Below, piece after piece: positions 53,300-64,000 of a stretch of DNA of 64,000 nucleotides. The first letter of the stretch is position 1; the number at the start of each line of letters is the position of its first letter. The position numbers were made by a program, and so were the translations under genes. A model generated the notes under the pieces. It was given only the letters and a program-made list of their open reading frames with translations, had not been told where the DNA came from and searched no databases. The stretch comes from a virus. Where the stretch lies: the IMG/VR virus record IMGVR_UViG_3300031949_000005, positions 32,001-96,000 of that record. One strand, 5' to 3'.

Positions 53300-54502
53300 A
53301 TGAAAATTATTGCCATAGAAGCAGAGAATATTAAACGCCTTAAAACTATTTCTATTAAACCGGATGGTTCGATGATTATAATTGGGGGCGACAACGAAGC
53401 TGGTAAAAGTAGTTTACTTGATTCTATAGAATACGCTCTTGGTGGAACTAAGAGTATACCATCTAAGCCTATTAGGAATGGACAAGAAAAGGCTAGGATT
53501 ATCTTGGATCTTGGCGACATTATTGTTACTAGAACCTTTACACAAAAGGGAACTAATTTAGTTGTTAAAAATAAGGATGGGGCAACATTCAGTAGTCCGC
53601 AAGCTATGTTAGATAAACTTGTGGGTAATCTTTCGTTCGATCCCTTAGGATTCGCTAACATGAATGATAAAGAAAGATTAACCACTTTGAAGTCTATTGC
53701 AGGTCTTGATTTTACAGAATTAGATAGTGAATATAAAGAAGCTTTTGATAAACGGACAGAAGTTAATAGACAAGGAAAAGAATTAAAAGCTAATTTTGAT
53801 TCTATTGACTCCTACGACGATGTTCCTAAAAATGAAGTTTCTGTTTCTGAAATTTCTAAACAATTAACAGAAGGATTATCTAATAATCAATCAGTATTAC
53901 AACTTAAATCTTTTATAAATAGTGATCAGAATAGATTAAAAGTGTTAGAACAAGAAAAAACAGAGCTTGAACAAAGATTATCTTCTAATCAGAAGAAATT
54001 AAAATCATTAAAGGAAGTAAATACAGAAGATTTAAAAATACAACTAAATTCAGCAGAAGGAATTAATAATAAAGTTAGAAGCAATAAAAGGAAAGAAGAA
54101 ATAGAATGTTCATTAGATAAATTGAGAAATCTTTCATTGGAATTATCTCAAAAACTAGAAAATATTAGTAAAAATAAACAAGATCTTTTAGAAAATTCAA
54201 AGTTACCAATTAAGGGATTAACATTTGACGAAAATGGTGTGATGTTCAAAAATATACCATTTGATCAATGTTCTTCGGCGCAAAAGATAAAAATTTCAGT
54301 AGCCATGGGACTTTCTATGAATCCAGAGTTACGAATATTATTAATTAGAGATGGATCATTATTAGACGAAAAGAATTTGGGCATTATAGCGGAAATGGCC
54401 TCTAAAAAAGATGCACAGGTATGGATTGAAAGAGTTGGTCACGGCAAGGAATGTCAGATCGTGATAGAAGATGGATCTGTTGTTGAATGTCAAACAGTTT
54501 AG
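53300..54502 (+). CDS. SMC/RecN/Rad50-like ATPase with coiled coil
   Basis: ENIKRLK, GDNEAGKSS, coiled coil, CSSAQ signature, LIRDGSLLD. Confidence 0.8.
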   Translation: MKIIAIEAENIKRLKTISIKPDGSMIIIGGDNEAGKSSLLDSIEYALGGTKSIPSKPIRNGQEKARIILDLGDIIVTRTFTQKGTNLVVKNKDGATFSSPQAMLDKLVGNLSFDPLGFANMNDKERLTTLKSIAGLDFTELDSEYKEAFDKRTEVNRQGKELKANFDSIDSYDDVPKNEVSVSEISKQLTEGLSNNQSVLQLKSFINSDQNRLKVLEQEKTELEQRLSSNQKKLKSLKEVNTEDLKIQLNSAEGINNKVRSNKRKEEIECSLDKLRNLSLELSQKLENISKNKQDLLENSKLPIKGLTFDENGVMFKNIPFDQCSSAQKIKISVAMGLSMNPELRILLIRDGSLLDEKNLGIIAEMASKKDAQVWIERVGHGKECQIVIEDGSVVECQTV

Positions 54503-55006
54503 ATAATTTAGTTTCTCGAATTGAAATCGCTATACGCGAAAGTAAGATTATTGGCAATGAACTAAATTACCAAAGTATCAAAGATAGAGAAATTATGTTT
54601 TTATTATTTTCATATTATTATAATCAAGGATATAAAGAAAACGAAGCTAAGACATTAGCTCGACAACAAATGATTAAATTGATCTTAGCGGAATGTTTGG
54701 GTGATTCATGTTTTTAGTAGGATTTTTTATAGATATGGCTGTGCCAGTATTTTGTGTATTCTGGATAGGATATATGATTTATCTGATAGGAAAAGGTTTT
54801 AAGGAGACATTTCATGTTTAGATGGTTCGAAGATTTAAAAAATAGTATAGCCGATCTTTTTAAATCAAAAGCTACTATTAGAAAAGATGGTACGGCGAGT
54901 AAGCCATATTGTGTTTATAGTATGAGTGGTAAAAATATGGGATGTTATAAGACAAGAAAAGGCGCAGAAAAAAGACTTGCCCAGATAGAAATGTTCAAAC
55001 ATATTA

Positions 55007-55477
55007 ATGAGGGGAAATAATATGGATTTAATGCCGTTCATTTTTGCTGTTGTTATAGGATTAGTTGGTTTTGTTTTTATGTATTTAAAAAATAAACAAT
55101 ATGATTTTTATTTAGCAGGACCAATGCGTAATATTAAAAATAATAATAAGAAATCTTTTGATGATGGCTCTCTGGCTTTAAGGAATATGGGATATACGGT
55201 ATGGAACCCATCAGAAGAAAATGATAGCAAAGATACTACATTTGAAGAATGGATGATTAAAGATTTAAACCAAGTTATAAATAAATGTAAGAGGATTGCA
55301 TTATTACCAGGATGGAGAGATTCTATCGGCGCAAATGTCGAGGCTATGACAGCCTTAGTATGTAATAAAGATATTTATGAATTAAAATATAGTAAGAAAA
55401 ATAAGATATGGAAATTAAATTATATCAAGAATCTTAATTATTGTCTACCATTTAATAGCACTGCCAAACGACTTTAA
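55007..55477 (+). CDS. DUF4406 / nucleoside 2-deoxyribosyltransferase-like protein
   Basis: YLAGPM, V.NP, LPGW..S.GA..E. Confidence 0.75.
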   Translation: MRGNNMDLMPFIFAVVIGLVGFVFMYLKNKQYDFYLAGPMRNIKNNNKKSFDDGSLALRNMGYTVWNPSEENDSKDTTFEEWMIKDLNQVINKCKRIALLPGWRDSIGANVEAMTALVCNKDIYELKYSKKNKIWKLNYIKNLNYCLPFNSTAKRL

Positions 55478-56033
55478 GTATTTTGGATGCGACTATATCA
55501 TCAGCTACTATTATAGTTTTAAACCACCCTTTTCTTGGCATAGCTAATCCCTTGTAGCAATAATCTACAACTTCCGTACAACTAAATCTTTGTCTATCTC
55601 TGAAATCGAAAACAAAATCGTATTCTTTACCTATTAGACTGATAGCTAATTGAACGCCGCTTTGTGACATATAAGAAGGTGGTCTTAATACTATCATATG
55701 ATCCGTTCTCATAAAATCTATAAGATCTTCACAAATAACGCCGTCGCTTATTGCATGTACTACTTGTTGCGGTTGGCCGTTAAATTCTCCAACATATAAT
55801 CCACCATGGTTCCAGAATCCTGGAATAAACCATTTATCTACATAACCTTCATATCTTTGTATTACTACATCGCCAGGTTGGATGATTTTAGATACTTCTC
55901 TGAAATGTTTACCCTTTAATTCATATTCTTTATGATTTATAACAAACCAAAACGGCCTATTCCATCCACTCCATGTGATATCGCCGAGAAATGTTAATAT
56001 TTTACTCCATATTCTATATATAATCTTTTTCAA
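55452..56033 (-). CDS. Permuted papain-like NlpC/P60 (YiiX/YebB) protein
   Basis: QPGDVV, W.HGGLYVG, VVHA, GKEYDF, FSCTEVV. Confidence 0.8.
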   Translation of the reverse strand: MKKIIYRIWSKILTFLGDITWSGWNRPFWFVINHKEYELKGKHFREVSKIIQPGDVVIQRYEGYVDKWFIPGFWNHGGLYVGEFNGQPQQVVHAISDGVICEDLIDFMRTDHMIVLRPPSYMSQSGVQLAISLIGKEYDFVFDFRDRQRFSCTEVVDYCYKGLAMPRKGWFKTIIVADDIVASKILKVVWQCY

Positions 56034-56681
56034 TTATCATCACTACTTTATTCTCATATCTTTTATTAATGATTTTACCTTATCTATACACAATTTTTGA
56101 TGCGATACATAAAGTTCTAAAAAATCTTCGGGTTGTAATAATGCCGGAGACTCATAATCAACATCTATGAATTTAGCTTCTGGTATAATTTTTGTTATTA
56201 ACGATCTTATCTTAGAGATTTGCTGGATATAATTTTCTTGTATTAATTCTCCAGGAGCGATCGGGAGATTTTGTAATCTACAAACATTGATTTGATGTTG
56301 ATGTATTCTTTCAATAGCACCTGATTCTGAAAGTGATTCCCATTTGTTAAGCAAGAAATTAATTATCGGTTTTCGTTTTTTAGAGTTTATCATTTTTTGC
56401 TCTCTTTGAAAAAAAACTCATAATTTCTTCACTAGCATCAATAGCCATACCTAATAGGTCATCTTGATTTTTATTTAGAACGTTAATATGATAATATCTT
56501 TTTGTACAAATTGGTTTTTCGGTATCTAAAATATAATTGCTTATATGGATTCGTAAAATATTATTTTTATATTCTTGTTCTATGGTATAATTACCGGGTA
56601 AATTTGCCCACAGATAATTAGTGAAAACATTAATAATTTGTTCTATGTCGTTCATATAATCACCACATTATTATACACATA

Positions 56682-57302
56682 TTATTCATTAGTTGTTATA
56701 CTTATCATCTTATCTAGAACAGAATCTGCCAATCCTATATCAACAGCTTGTTGTGCCGAATATATAGTATCATGGGAACACAACTTTTCTATTTTCTTTA
56801 TGGTGATTTTAGGTAATTTCTTTTTCATTTTATCTTGATATATCTCATACATTTTGTAACGTGATTTTTTACTTTCCTTAGCCCAATTTTCTGCTGTTTT
56901 GGATGATCCGTTTATAGATTCAAAACCGTCGTGGATCATCATTATAGCATTCGGGGATAATATTCTTAAATCAGCAGCTTGCAATATTATTGATCCCATA
57001 GACATGGCTTGTCCCCATGCTGTTATCGTAACATGGCATCTAGATGATACAATGGCATCATAAATAGCCATACCGTGATACCAGTCGCCCCCTAGATTAT
57101 TCATATGTATGTATATAGGGTCGCTAGATCTAGAATCTAGATACGTGATGGCCTTTATGAAGTGGTCGGACATCTGGAAATCTGTTCCGGATTCTTCTGA
57201 ATCATTAGTATACGACCGAGATCCAAGATATATCATTCTAGATGGTGGATAACATCCGTATTCAAAATATTTATCAAGATCTTCTCTTGGATATCTAGAC
57301 AT
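56682..57302 (-). CDS. clpP: ClpP-family protease
   Basis: R.IYL, NNLGG....GMAIYD, AMSMGS, MMIH, A..AV..GLAD. Confidence 0.85.
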   Translation of the reverse strand: MSRYPREDLDKYFEYGCYPPSRMIYLGSRSYTNDSEESGTDFQMSDHFIKAITYLDSRSSDPIYIHMNNLGGDWYHGMAIYDAIVSSRCHVTITAWGQAMSMGSIILQAADLRILSPNAIMMIHDGFESINGSSKTAENWAKESKKSRYKMYEIYQDKMKKKLPKITIKKIEKLCSHDTIYSAQQAVDIGLADSVLDKMISITTNE

Positions 57303-57305
57303 ATA

Positions 57306-58349
57306 TTAACCGTTAATATAAAAAAGTTGTTTTATTATATTTAATGGATCTCTATCTTTTAGTATTGTATATGTTAAATTGTGTGTATATAAAAAATCAC
57401 ATATTTTTTCATATATATATTCTACTTCTTCGGCGATGTTGTATCTGATACCATCGTCGATTATTTTTTGTGGTTGTAATAAAAAGATATCCGTATAATT
57501 TTGTGTATCTAATAAAGTATTAGCATATAATTTTTCTAAAGAAAATAAATTGCATTTATTAGATGTCGATTTTTTACAATTCAACAGTTGATATAAATAT
57601 GGTAAAAACGTAGGAGAATCAGATATAACAATATTTGATCTATTTAGAATATTATTTTCTCTTCTTTGTTGTTCATCAAAGATTATATATTGTTCTTCTG
57701 GTAATGGTGGTCTGTTATATCTACAAATAAATTCACTACAATATTCGGAACAATAAATAGACGATCCACCCAATCTAGTATTAATTAAACCACTAAGAGA
57801 TTTAGATAGTTCTGTTTTTCCACTACTTGGAGGACCACATATACCTATTCTTCTTTTAAAAAATTCAAAAGCAGAAAGTGGGCATTCTATAAATTTTTCT
57901 TTAGAACCTAATAATTTATGTAATTCTAGTGGAGTAGATTGATCTAATGATTCTATTTCTACGATCATAAGTTTTAATGGACTATTAACTTTGTCTATAG
58001 ATATATTGAAATTCTTATATTTAAAATTTTGTCTAACCTTTTCTACAATTAATTTTTTTAATGGATCTAATAGATATTTTATATGATGATTTATATTACA
58101 ATTATTTTCAATTCTTCCTTCTAGTTTATCACTACCATATTTTGTTGTTAATATTATTTCTGGCGATGAAATATTTTTTTTATAGAGAATATGTCTAATT
58201 CTAATTTCTTTGGATAGATATGTGTCTATCATATTACGTTCGAATGAATCCGGAGAACTTAATTCATTTATTTTAGCATATATATTCTTATTAGCAAACG
58301 TCGTGTAATCAAAAACATAACTACGTTCTTTCTCTATATTATTTTGCAT
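57306..58349 (-). CDS. CYTH-like domain fused to NadR-type (AAA_28) kinase
   Basis: EKERSY...DTYL...RIR...VEIE (CYTH); RIGICGPPSSGKT, SEY, ISDS, DDGIR. Confidence 0.65.
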   Translation of the reverse strand: MQNNIEKERSYVFDYTTFANKNIYAKINELSSPDSFERNMIDTYLSKEIRIRHILYKKNISSPEIILTTKYGSDKLEGRIENNCNINHHIKYLLDPLKKLIVEKVRQNFKYKNFNISIDKVNSPLKLMIVEIESLDQSTPLELHKLLGSKEKFIECPLSAFEFFKRRIGICGPPSSGKTELSKSLSGLINTRLGGSSIYCSEYCSEFICRYNRPPLPEEQYIIFDEQQRRENNILNRSNIVISDSPTFLPYLYQLLNCKKSTSNKCNLFSLEKLYANTLLDTQNYTDIFLLQPQKIIDDGIRYNIAEEVEYIYEKICDFLYTHNLTYTILKDRDPLNIIKQLFYING

Positions 58350-58902
58350 AATTTATAGCCTTTAACATGTTATCAAGTGAACAATTTGGACATTTTATGT
58401 TGCGATTTATCGTATTACAGAATGGACATAAAAGTTTTATTTTATTAACATGTATATGTAATATTAATATTTTATCTATACAATCGTCGCATATAAACAT
58501 TTTGCCAAGTATTCTTCTTCCACACGGAGAGGAATATTCTAAACCACAAGTATCACAAATTATTTCTTGATTCATTTTGATATTTGTTTTCTTATTTTTT
58601 CAATAACAATCGAATAATGATTAAAGTATAAATCAATATAATCTTTTCTAGTCCACTTATATCCTCGTAAGATTTCTGGAAGTGTATTTATTAAATTATT
58701 TAATTCTGGTGATTCATTAGTTATATTTTTTTGTATTCTTTTTTGTTCTCCATCGAATTTGTGATCAAATACTATAGGAAATCTATCTAGTTGCGTTATT
58801 CTTGCGCTTAATCCCCCAGTATATGAGTTAGCTTTTTTGAGTGATTCTTTTTTGCCGGTTCTAATTATGGTTTCCCATTTGTTTAATAATTCTGCTATTA
58901 TT

Positions 58903-59619
58903 TCAATCTTCATTAATGATTTCTCCTATTTTATCTAAATAATATTTACTACAATCAATGCCTATGCAATTTCTATTTAATCTATTACATACTATAGCCG
59001 TTGTACCAGAACCTATCATAGGGTCTAACACTGTTTCTCCTGGTTCAGAATGACCTAATATAATTCTTTGCAATAAAGCTTCTGGATGTTGACAAGGATG
59101 AAATTTACGTCTTTCTTTAAATGTGCCACAAATCCTTGGAAATTCCCATAGATTAGAAGGCATTTTTCCACCGGCTTTAGCTCTTTTGTCATTATATTTT
59201 TTCATCCTATCGGATTGGATTTTAATATTATCAGGATAAATAGTAGAATTATTTAACCAGTACATATTTCTTATACATGGACTATATATATAATTATTAG
59301 CTTGACCAAATTTAAAGTGCCAATATATTCTTTTAATTAGTGGTATGAATCCTTTTTTAATGATGTATTCTGTTTCTGATACCCATTTATCAGCTATACT
59401 CAAAAAAACTGGTCCATCAGTTAAATCACAACATTTTGTTATCCATAACTTTAATAATTCAACATAAAGACTATTGGGGAGATTATCTGTATAGTTTTGA
59501 TAATGCGTTCCACAATTATCTGGTGGATCAATAAATGTTAATTTAACTTTATAATTTTCTTTAATCACACTCGCTAGATTTTCAAATTTTCCATGCATTA
59601 AATCAATTGTTGACATCAT
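58903..59619 (-). CDS. DNA N4/N6 methyltransferase (beta class)
   Basis: FIDPPDN, HPCQHPE, VLDPMIGSGTT. Confidence 0.8.
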   Translation of the reverse strand: MMSTIDLMHGKFENLASVIKENYKVKLTFIDPPDNCGTHYQNYTDNLPNSLYVELLKLWITKCCDLTDGPVFLSIADKWVSETEYIIKKGFIPLIKRIYWHFKFGQANNYIYSPCIRNMYWLNNSTIYPDNIKIQSDRMKKYNDKRAKAGGKMPSNLWEFPRICGTFKERRKFHPCQHPEALLQRIILGHSEPGETVLDPMIGSGTTAIVCNRLNRNCIGIDCSKYYLDKIGEIINED

Positions 59620-60197
59620 TGATTCTCACTATTCTTTTTGATTTTTCTTCTGATTTTGGTAATTTGTCACCATCTGGTTTATTTATTCTTTCTTCATAAC
59701 ATTTTATTGGATCATTAGAAGAATATTTTTTAATAGTACAATTTAAAGATTCAGCTATCTCTTTAATTTTTCTTTGTCCGCAACTACTAATAAATTTTTT
59801 AATAATTGTCTCTATAATCTTTTCTGCTATTTTTATTGTCTTGTATTGTCCTATAACTTCATTCGTTTCTGTATCAAATATTGAATAAGGATGTATGTAT
59901 GGTAACGTATTTTTAATAATTGTCAATCTTTTTCCAGGGTTTATCATCAAGGGTATAATAGTATTATAAGAGATTATTTTTTTATTTTTTATTTTTTTGT
60001 AATAAATGTCCTATAACTATACTTTATATAATATAGGGATGTTTTATTGTGTATATAGTTTTTGTGATTTATGAAAAAAAGAATTAATCTTAAAATAAAA
60101 CAAGACAATAAAGCAAAAGCTTTGATGAAAAATGATCTTGAGAAAGAAGATCCAAAAGAAGCAGAATCTATTATACAGTCTAATATAGAGGAGATAT

Positions 60198-60743
60198 ATG
60201 ATAAAAAATTCATTGATGGAATTAGCAATACCAATAATAACAAAAATAGCAAAACTACATAGAAAATCAAATATTTTTGCATATTATACAGAAGATGACA
60301 TAGAACAAGAAATATGGATTTTATGTTTAGATGCATTAAAAAGATATATTAAAAATCGAGGCAATTTAGAACATTATTTAAATACTCATGTTTCTAATAG
60401 ATTAAAAAATCTTAAAAGAGATAAATATTATAGGCCAGATGATGATATTTCTGTAAACAGTAAATCAAGACAGCGAATGAATTTGATTAATGCTTTACCA
60501 ATAAATATAATAAAAGATTCGACTAGGAATCGGTTATTAGCTTCTTCAAGTTCTTCTTGTGTAAATAATCCATCCGATATTTTGACATACTATGAGACAA
60601 AGAAATATCTTGAAGATAATATACCGATAGATTTACTATCATCTTTTAATGAACTAATATCTGGTAATAAAATACCAAGATCTATTTTAAATAAATTAAG
60701 GATAATTGTTGTGAAGATTCTAAAGGATAGAGAAAGTGGCTAA
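60198..60743 (+). CDS. Sigma-factor-like protein
   Basis: DDIEQE.WI..LDAL.RY...G.LEHYL..HV.NRL.NL.R (region 2-like). Confidence 0.65.
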   Translation: MIKNSLMELAIPIITKIAKLHRKSNIFAYYTEDDIEQEIWILCLDALKRYIKNRGNLEHYLNTHVSNRLKNLKRDKYYRPDDDISVNSKSRQRMNLINALPINIIKDSTRNRLLASSSSSCVNNPSDILTYYETKKYLEDNIPIDLLSSFNELISGNKIPRSILNKLRIIVVKILKDRESG

Positions 60744-61632
60744 AAAAAAGGGAAGTAAAAAATTAGTAAATCACAAAGAAGCATTTAATGTTTTTAAGGA
60801 TTGTTTACATAAAGAATTAGAGGACAATAAGATACAAGAAGTTTTATTACAACAATTTAATTATGAATGGAGTATTGATTCAATAAGAAGAAATAGAAGA
60901 AAACTTGGTATTATTAAATCTGGTCCGAATGAAACCGAAATCAAAGAAAAATCTGTTTTATCTATCCCACCACCTGGATTAGACGAGGCATCCAAAGCAG
61001 ATTGGTTTAGAGAACAATTCAAGAAAAGTCATCTATCTACTAATCTTAATCTTCAATTTGATTCTACGGAAGTAGATACATATATAGAGGAATACGGTAA
61101 CATATGTTGTCAATTCGAAGATATAGTTTTTAGTGAATTTTTTCAAATAGATGATTTTTTAAAACATAGAATTCTTATTAATAGACAATTAACATTAATG
61201 AGAAGTGTACAAAAAGAAATACAAGATTTAAGAAGTTGGCTGGAAAAAAGTCCTAATAAAGAAAATGAACCTAAAGAAGATAAATTATTAAGAGTCGAAA
61301 AAATACGTTCCTTATCCGATCATACTGGTTTAATTAATAAGATTAACGAAAGATATGACAAGCTTGTGGCAGAAAGACAAAAAATAGCGAGTAATTTAGC
61401 TGCGACAAGAAGAGATAGAATAGACGATCTTCGTAACGGAAAAGAAAATTTCTTTAGTATAATAGCCAGCCTTCAGGCATCGGCGAAAGAGCGAGAAAAA
61501 CAAGGAAGATATGCCGAGATGACAAGGATAGCGTCAGAAGATATTAAAACTAAGTTAAGAGAAAAAATACAATTTCCAGATGGTAGTTACGATTCTGTTA
61601 TTATTGATGGCGAAACAGATAAAGAGGATTAA
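60736..61632 (+). CDS. Coiled-coil hypothetical protein in the terminase region
   Basis: 298-aa ORF; position suggests a possible small terminase but no motif is recognised. Confidence 0.45.
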   Translation: MAKKKGSKKLVNHKEAFNVFKDCLHKELEDNKIQEVLLQQFNYEWSIDSIRRNRRKLGIIKSGPNETEIKEKSVLSIPPPGLDEASKADWFREQFKKSHLSTNLNLQFDSTEVDTYIEEYGNICCQFEDIVFSEFFQIDDFLKHRILINRQLTLMRSVQKEIQDLRSWLEKSPNKENEPKEDKLLRVEKIRSLSDHTGLINKINERYDKLVAERQKIASNLAATRRDRIDDLRNGKENFFSIIASLQASAKEREKQGRYAEMTRIASEDIKTKLREKIQFPDGSYDSVIIDGETDKED

Positions 61633-62602
61633 TATGAATAAGTCTATATTAATAATACCAAATAATAAAAAATCCTTGGATTTGATTAGCGTCGGATATA
61701 AAAACGTATTAGAATATCTCGGATATAACGTTTATTATGAAAATCCATCAAATAAAAGAGATATTATTAATTTAATTGAAAAGTATAATGTCGATATTAT
61801 ATTTTCAGGCTCACAAAATGGAGTTTTTCAGCTACCCGTAAATACCATAAATAAAAATAAGGTTAAGATTATTTTTAAAATATTCCCTATTGACCAAAAT
61901 CTTCTGCACATAGAAGAAGAAATAATAAAATCTATTGAATATATATATTTATGGTCAGAAATTAAAGAACATACAAATGAACGAATAAATTATCTACCAT
62001 TAGCAGGTAATCTTCTCTATACTGCATCAATACTAAAAAAAGAAAATGATATATTATTATCTAATAATTTCGAAAATGATAAAGAAACTATAGACAAGTG
62101 GATATCCCCGATCACTAAACGATTCAAAATTACCAATAACACAATAATATTAATGAACACAGATAATTATCCTCAAAACCTTTTCTTGTCATGCTATTTA
62201 TTTATAAATTTACATAACCAAGATGATAAAACAAAAAATATATATCTTGATACCAATACATTTGATTCTTTACTGTGGGGATGTTATCAATTAAATGACA
62301 TAGAATTATCTAAAGATCTAATGAACGAAAATATTATTTATTTTTCTACTCAATATAATCTCATATCTTTATGTGAATCATTATTAAAAGATAAAGATAA
62401 ACTTATAGATAATATTATTAAATCTTCTTCATTTATTGCCCAGAATCATACTTATTTTAATAGACTTAATATTGTTTTTAAATATTTTGATATGATAGAT
62501 ATTTGTAATCAATGTATGGAGAAACATGATATTGTGGTTACTAAACATAAGTGGTTATTAAAAAATAATATGAATACACAAAAGGAATTTGTTCATGTCT
62601 AG
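61580..62602 (+). CDS. Degenerate CgeB-like glycosyltransferase
   Basis: YLPLA and C-terminal HTY..R motif. Confidence 0.45.
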   Translation: MVVTILLLLMAKQIKRINMNKSILIIPNNKKSLDLISVGYKNVLEYLGYNVYYENPSNKRDIINLIEKYNVDIIFSGSQNGVFQLPVNTINKNKVKIIFKIFPIDQNLLHIEEEIIKSIEYIYLWSEIKEHTNERINYLPLAGNLLYTASILKKENDILLSNNFENDKETIDKWISPITKRFKITNNTIILMNTDNYPQNLFLSCYLFINLHNQDDKTKNIYLDTNTFDSLLWGCYQLNDIELSKDLMNENIIYFSTQYNLISLCESLLKDKDKLIDNIIKSSSFIAQNHTYFNRLNIVFKYFDMIDICNQCMEKHDIVVTKHKWLLKNNMNTQKEFVHV

Positions 62603-63101
62603 ATTATGTATTCCTACATATACTGTTCTTAGAGATTCCAGAGAGAAAGAAGGACATGGATGGGAATTTAAACAACATAAACCAGAAAAGCGTCCACCGA
62701 GATGCGAAGGAATGATTATTAGTACACTTAAAACAGGAGATTATTCTCTTTTGAATTATGAAGATCTTTTAGTTATAGAGAGAAAACTTGATTATTCAGA
62801 ACTATGGGGTAATTATGGTAAAAGAAAATGTTTTGAAGAAGAATGTGAACGAATGCAAAGTATTAAATATAGGTATATAATTATAGAATCTCATTTAACC
62901 AGCGATGTGCTTAGTCTCTCTCCACCACAATTTTCAAAGGGTGTACCAGGACGTGCGTTAATTAGCTGGCTTTGTAATTTATCTTTATCATATGGCGTAC
63001 ATATTATTCCTGTTGGATCTTGTGGTAAGAAATATTGTCAATTAATCTTTGAAGAAGTGGTCAGAATAGAAAGAGATAGATGGACAACAAATGACAACTA
63101 A
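62589..63101 (+). CDS. ERCC4-family nuclease
   Basis: DSREK, LKTGDYS, IERK. Confidence 0.85.
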   Translation: MFMSRLCIPTYTVLRDSREKEGHGWEFKQHKPEKRPPRCEGMIISTLKTGDYSLLNYEDLLVIERKLDYSELWGNYGKRKCFEEECERMQSIKYRYIIIESHLTSDVLSLSPPQFSKGVPGRALISWLCNLSLSYGVHIIPVGSCGKKYCQLIFEEVVRIERDRWTTNDN

Positions 63102-64000
63102 AAATATTATAACATTACAAGATTTAATGGAAGGAGACGAAGGTAAGTACGCATATTTATTTCCTTATAGAGATCGTATACCGGAAGTACAAAATCATAT
63201 TTTTTCTGATATACAAAGATATAATCAAAGTATGGATAAAATAATTATTTCTAATATGTTAAATATTGATTATATCGGATGGACAGCTAAAGTTCTTCTT
63301 GGATTAGATCTCTTTCCTATTCAAATAGCAATGATTCAGACTTTATGGAAAACTCCTTTCCCTATGGTTGTAGCAGCAAGAGGAGGAAGTAAAACTTTTA
63401 CTCTTGCTGTTTATGTTGTATTAAGAGCATTATTAGAACAAGGAACAAAAATTGTTATCATTGGAGCAGGATTAAGACAAGCAAAATTAGTTTTCAATTA
63501 TATAGAAAATATATGGAATAATTGTTCTGTTCTAAGAAGTATAGTAGGTGGTGGGAAAAAAGGTGGACCAAGACAAAATGTCGATTTATGTTATTTTAAT
63601 ATTGGGGAATCTAGTGTTGTGGCGCTGCCTTTAGGCGACGGCTGTGCTTCAAAAAATACAGCAATAACTTATTTTGATAGATTTGGTACTATATCAGATT
63701 ATCAACCTAATCATATTATTGATAAAAATATTATAAAAAGAAATGAATCAGTTTGGGGAAATGGGAATTTTAATATATCTGATGAGTCCTATTGTAATGG
63801 TTTGCAAAAAACTAAAAAAATAAAAACCCATAAAGGATTTGAATTTGAAGCTACCCATAATCATAAACTTAAAATTTTAAGAAACCATGAGATAATTTGG
63901 ACACGTATGGATGAAATGCAAATTGGTGATAAAATTTTAATAGATAGAACACATAGGTGGCATAATGGTAATACAAATATAGAAAATGAAGAATCTTATG
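63091..64000 (+). CDS. terL: Terminase large subunit (partial, intein-containing)
   Basis: Manual translation: L.P.Q, AARGGSKTF (Walker A), GAGLRQAK, ALPLGDG. Confidence 0.8.
   Translation, partial: MTTKNIITLQDLMEGDEGKYAYLFPYRDRIPEVQNHIFSDIQRYNQSMDKIIISNMLNIDYIGWTAKVLLGLDLFPIQIAMIQTLWKTPFPMVVAARGGSKTFTLAVYVVLRALLEQGTKIVIIGAGLRQAKLVFNYIENIWNNCSVLRSIVGGGKKGGPRQNVDLCYFNIGESSVVALPLGDGCASKNTAITYFDRFGTISDYQPNHIIDKNIIKRNESVWGNGNFNISDESYCNGLQKTKKIKTHKGFEFEATHNHKLKILRNHEIIWTRMDEMQIGDKILIDRTHRWHNGNTNIENEESY
63643..64000 (+). mobile_element. Intein in terminase (N-terminal splicing part)
   Basis: PLGDG|CASKNTAI (block A), KIKTHKG.EFEATHNH (block B TxxH), W..MDEM..GDKI. Confidence 0.85.

Noticed and set aside
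1-64000. Alternative genetic code (stop-codon recoding)
   Set aside because: Long conserved genes are intact in code 11, all three stops end genes, and no suppressor tRNA was seen

Overview
This window looks like a 64-kb segment of a large, AT-rich tailed phage genome using standard code 11; several gene families suggest a Planctomycetota-like host (inference). Positions 1-46.4 kb are one long minus-strand block of early and accessory genes. It includes RNA repair enzymes (phosphoesterase-Rnl1 fusion, Rnl2-type ligase, kinase), DNA ligase, an MTase, a radical SAM protein, IMPDH/GMPR, a Prs-like + Nampt-like pair (NARP1-like), five tRNAs and most of the window's ~9 HNH endonucleases. It also carries a histone-fold-like gene, a PEP-CTERM-like protein and a complete ubiquitin-like conjugation cassette (Ubl, E2 fused to a Cys-rich tail, JAB, E1), plus a second E2 paralogue and a dispersed Ycf46-AAA/DUF3150/DUF1257/DUF2997 module. 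Positions 41.3-46.7 kb form a GC-rich island with a tRNA minihelix, a tRNA-like element lacking a normal anticodon loop, a ~880-nt hairpin-rich non-coding region and about 40 copies of TCCGATAA/TTATCGGA. The island ends at an abrupt GC and strand switch, possibly the genome end. Positions 46.9-64 kb hold vWA, DarG-like macrodomain, SMC-like ATPase, ClpP, CYTH-NadR fusion, MTase, sigma-like factor, ERCC4 nuclease and an intein-containing large terminase. All family calls come from motif recognition by eye; no database searches were run.
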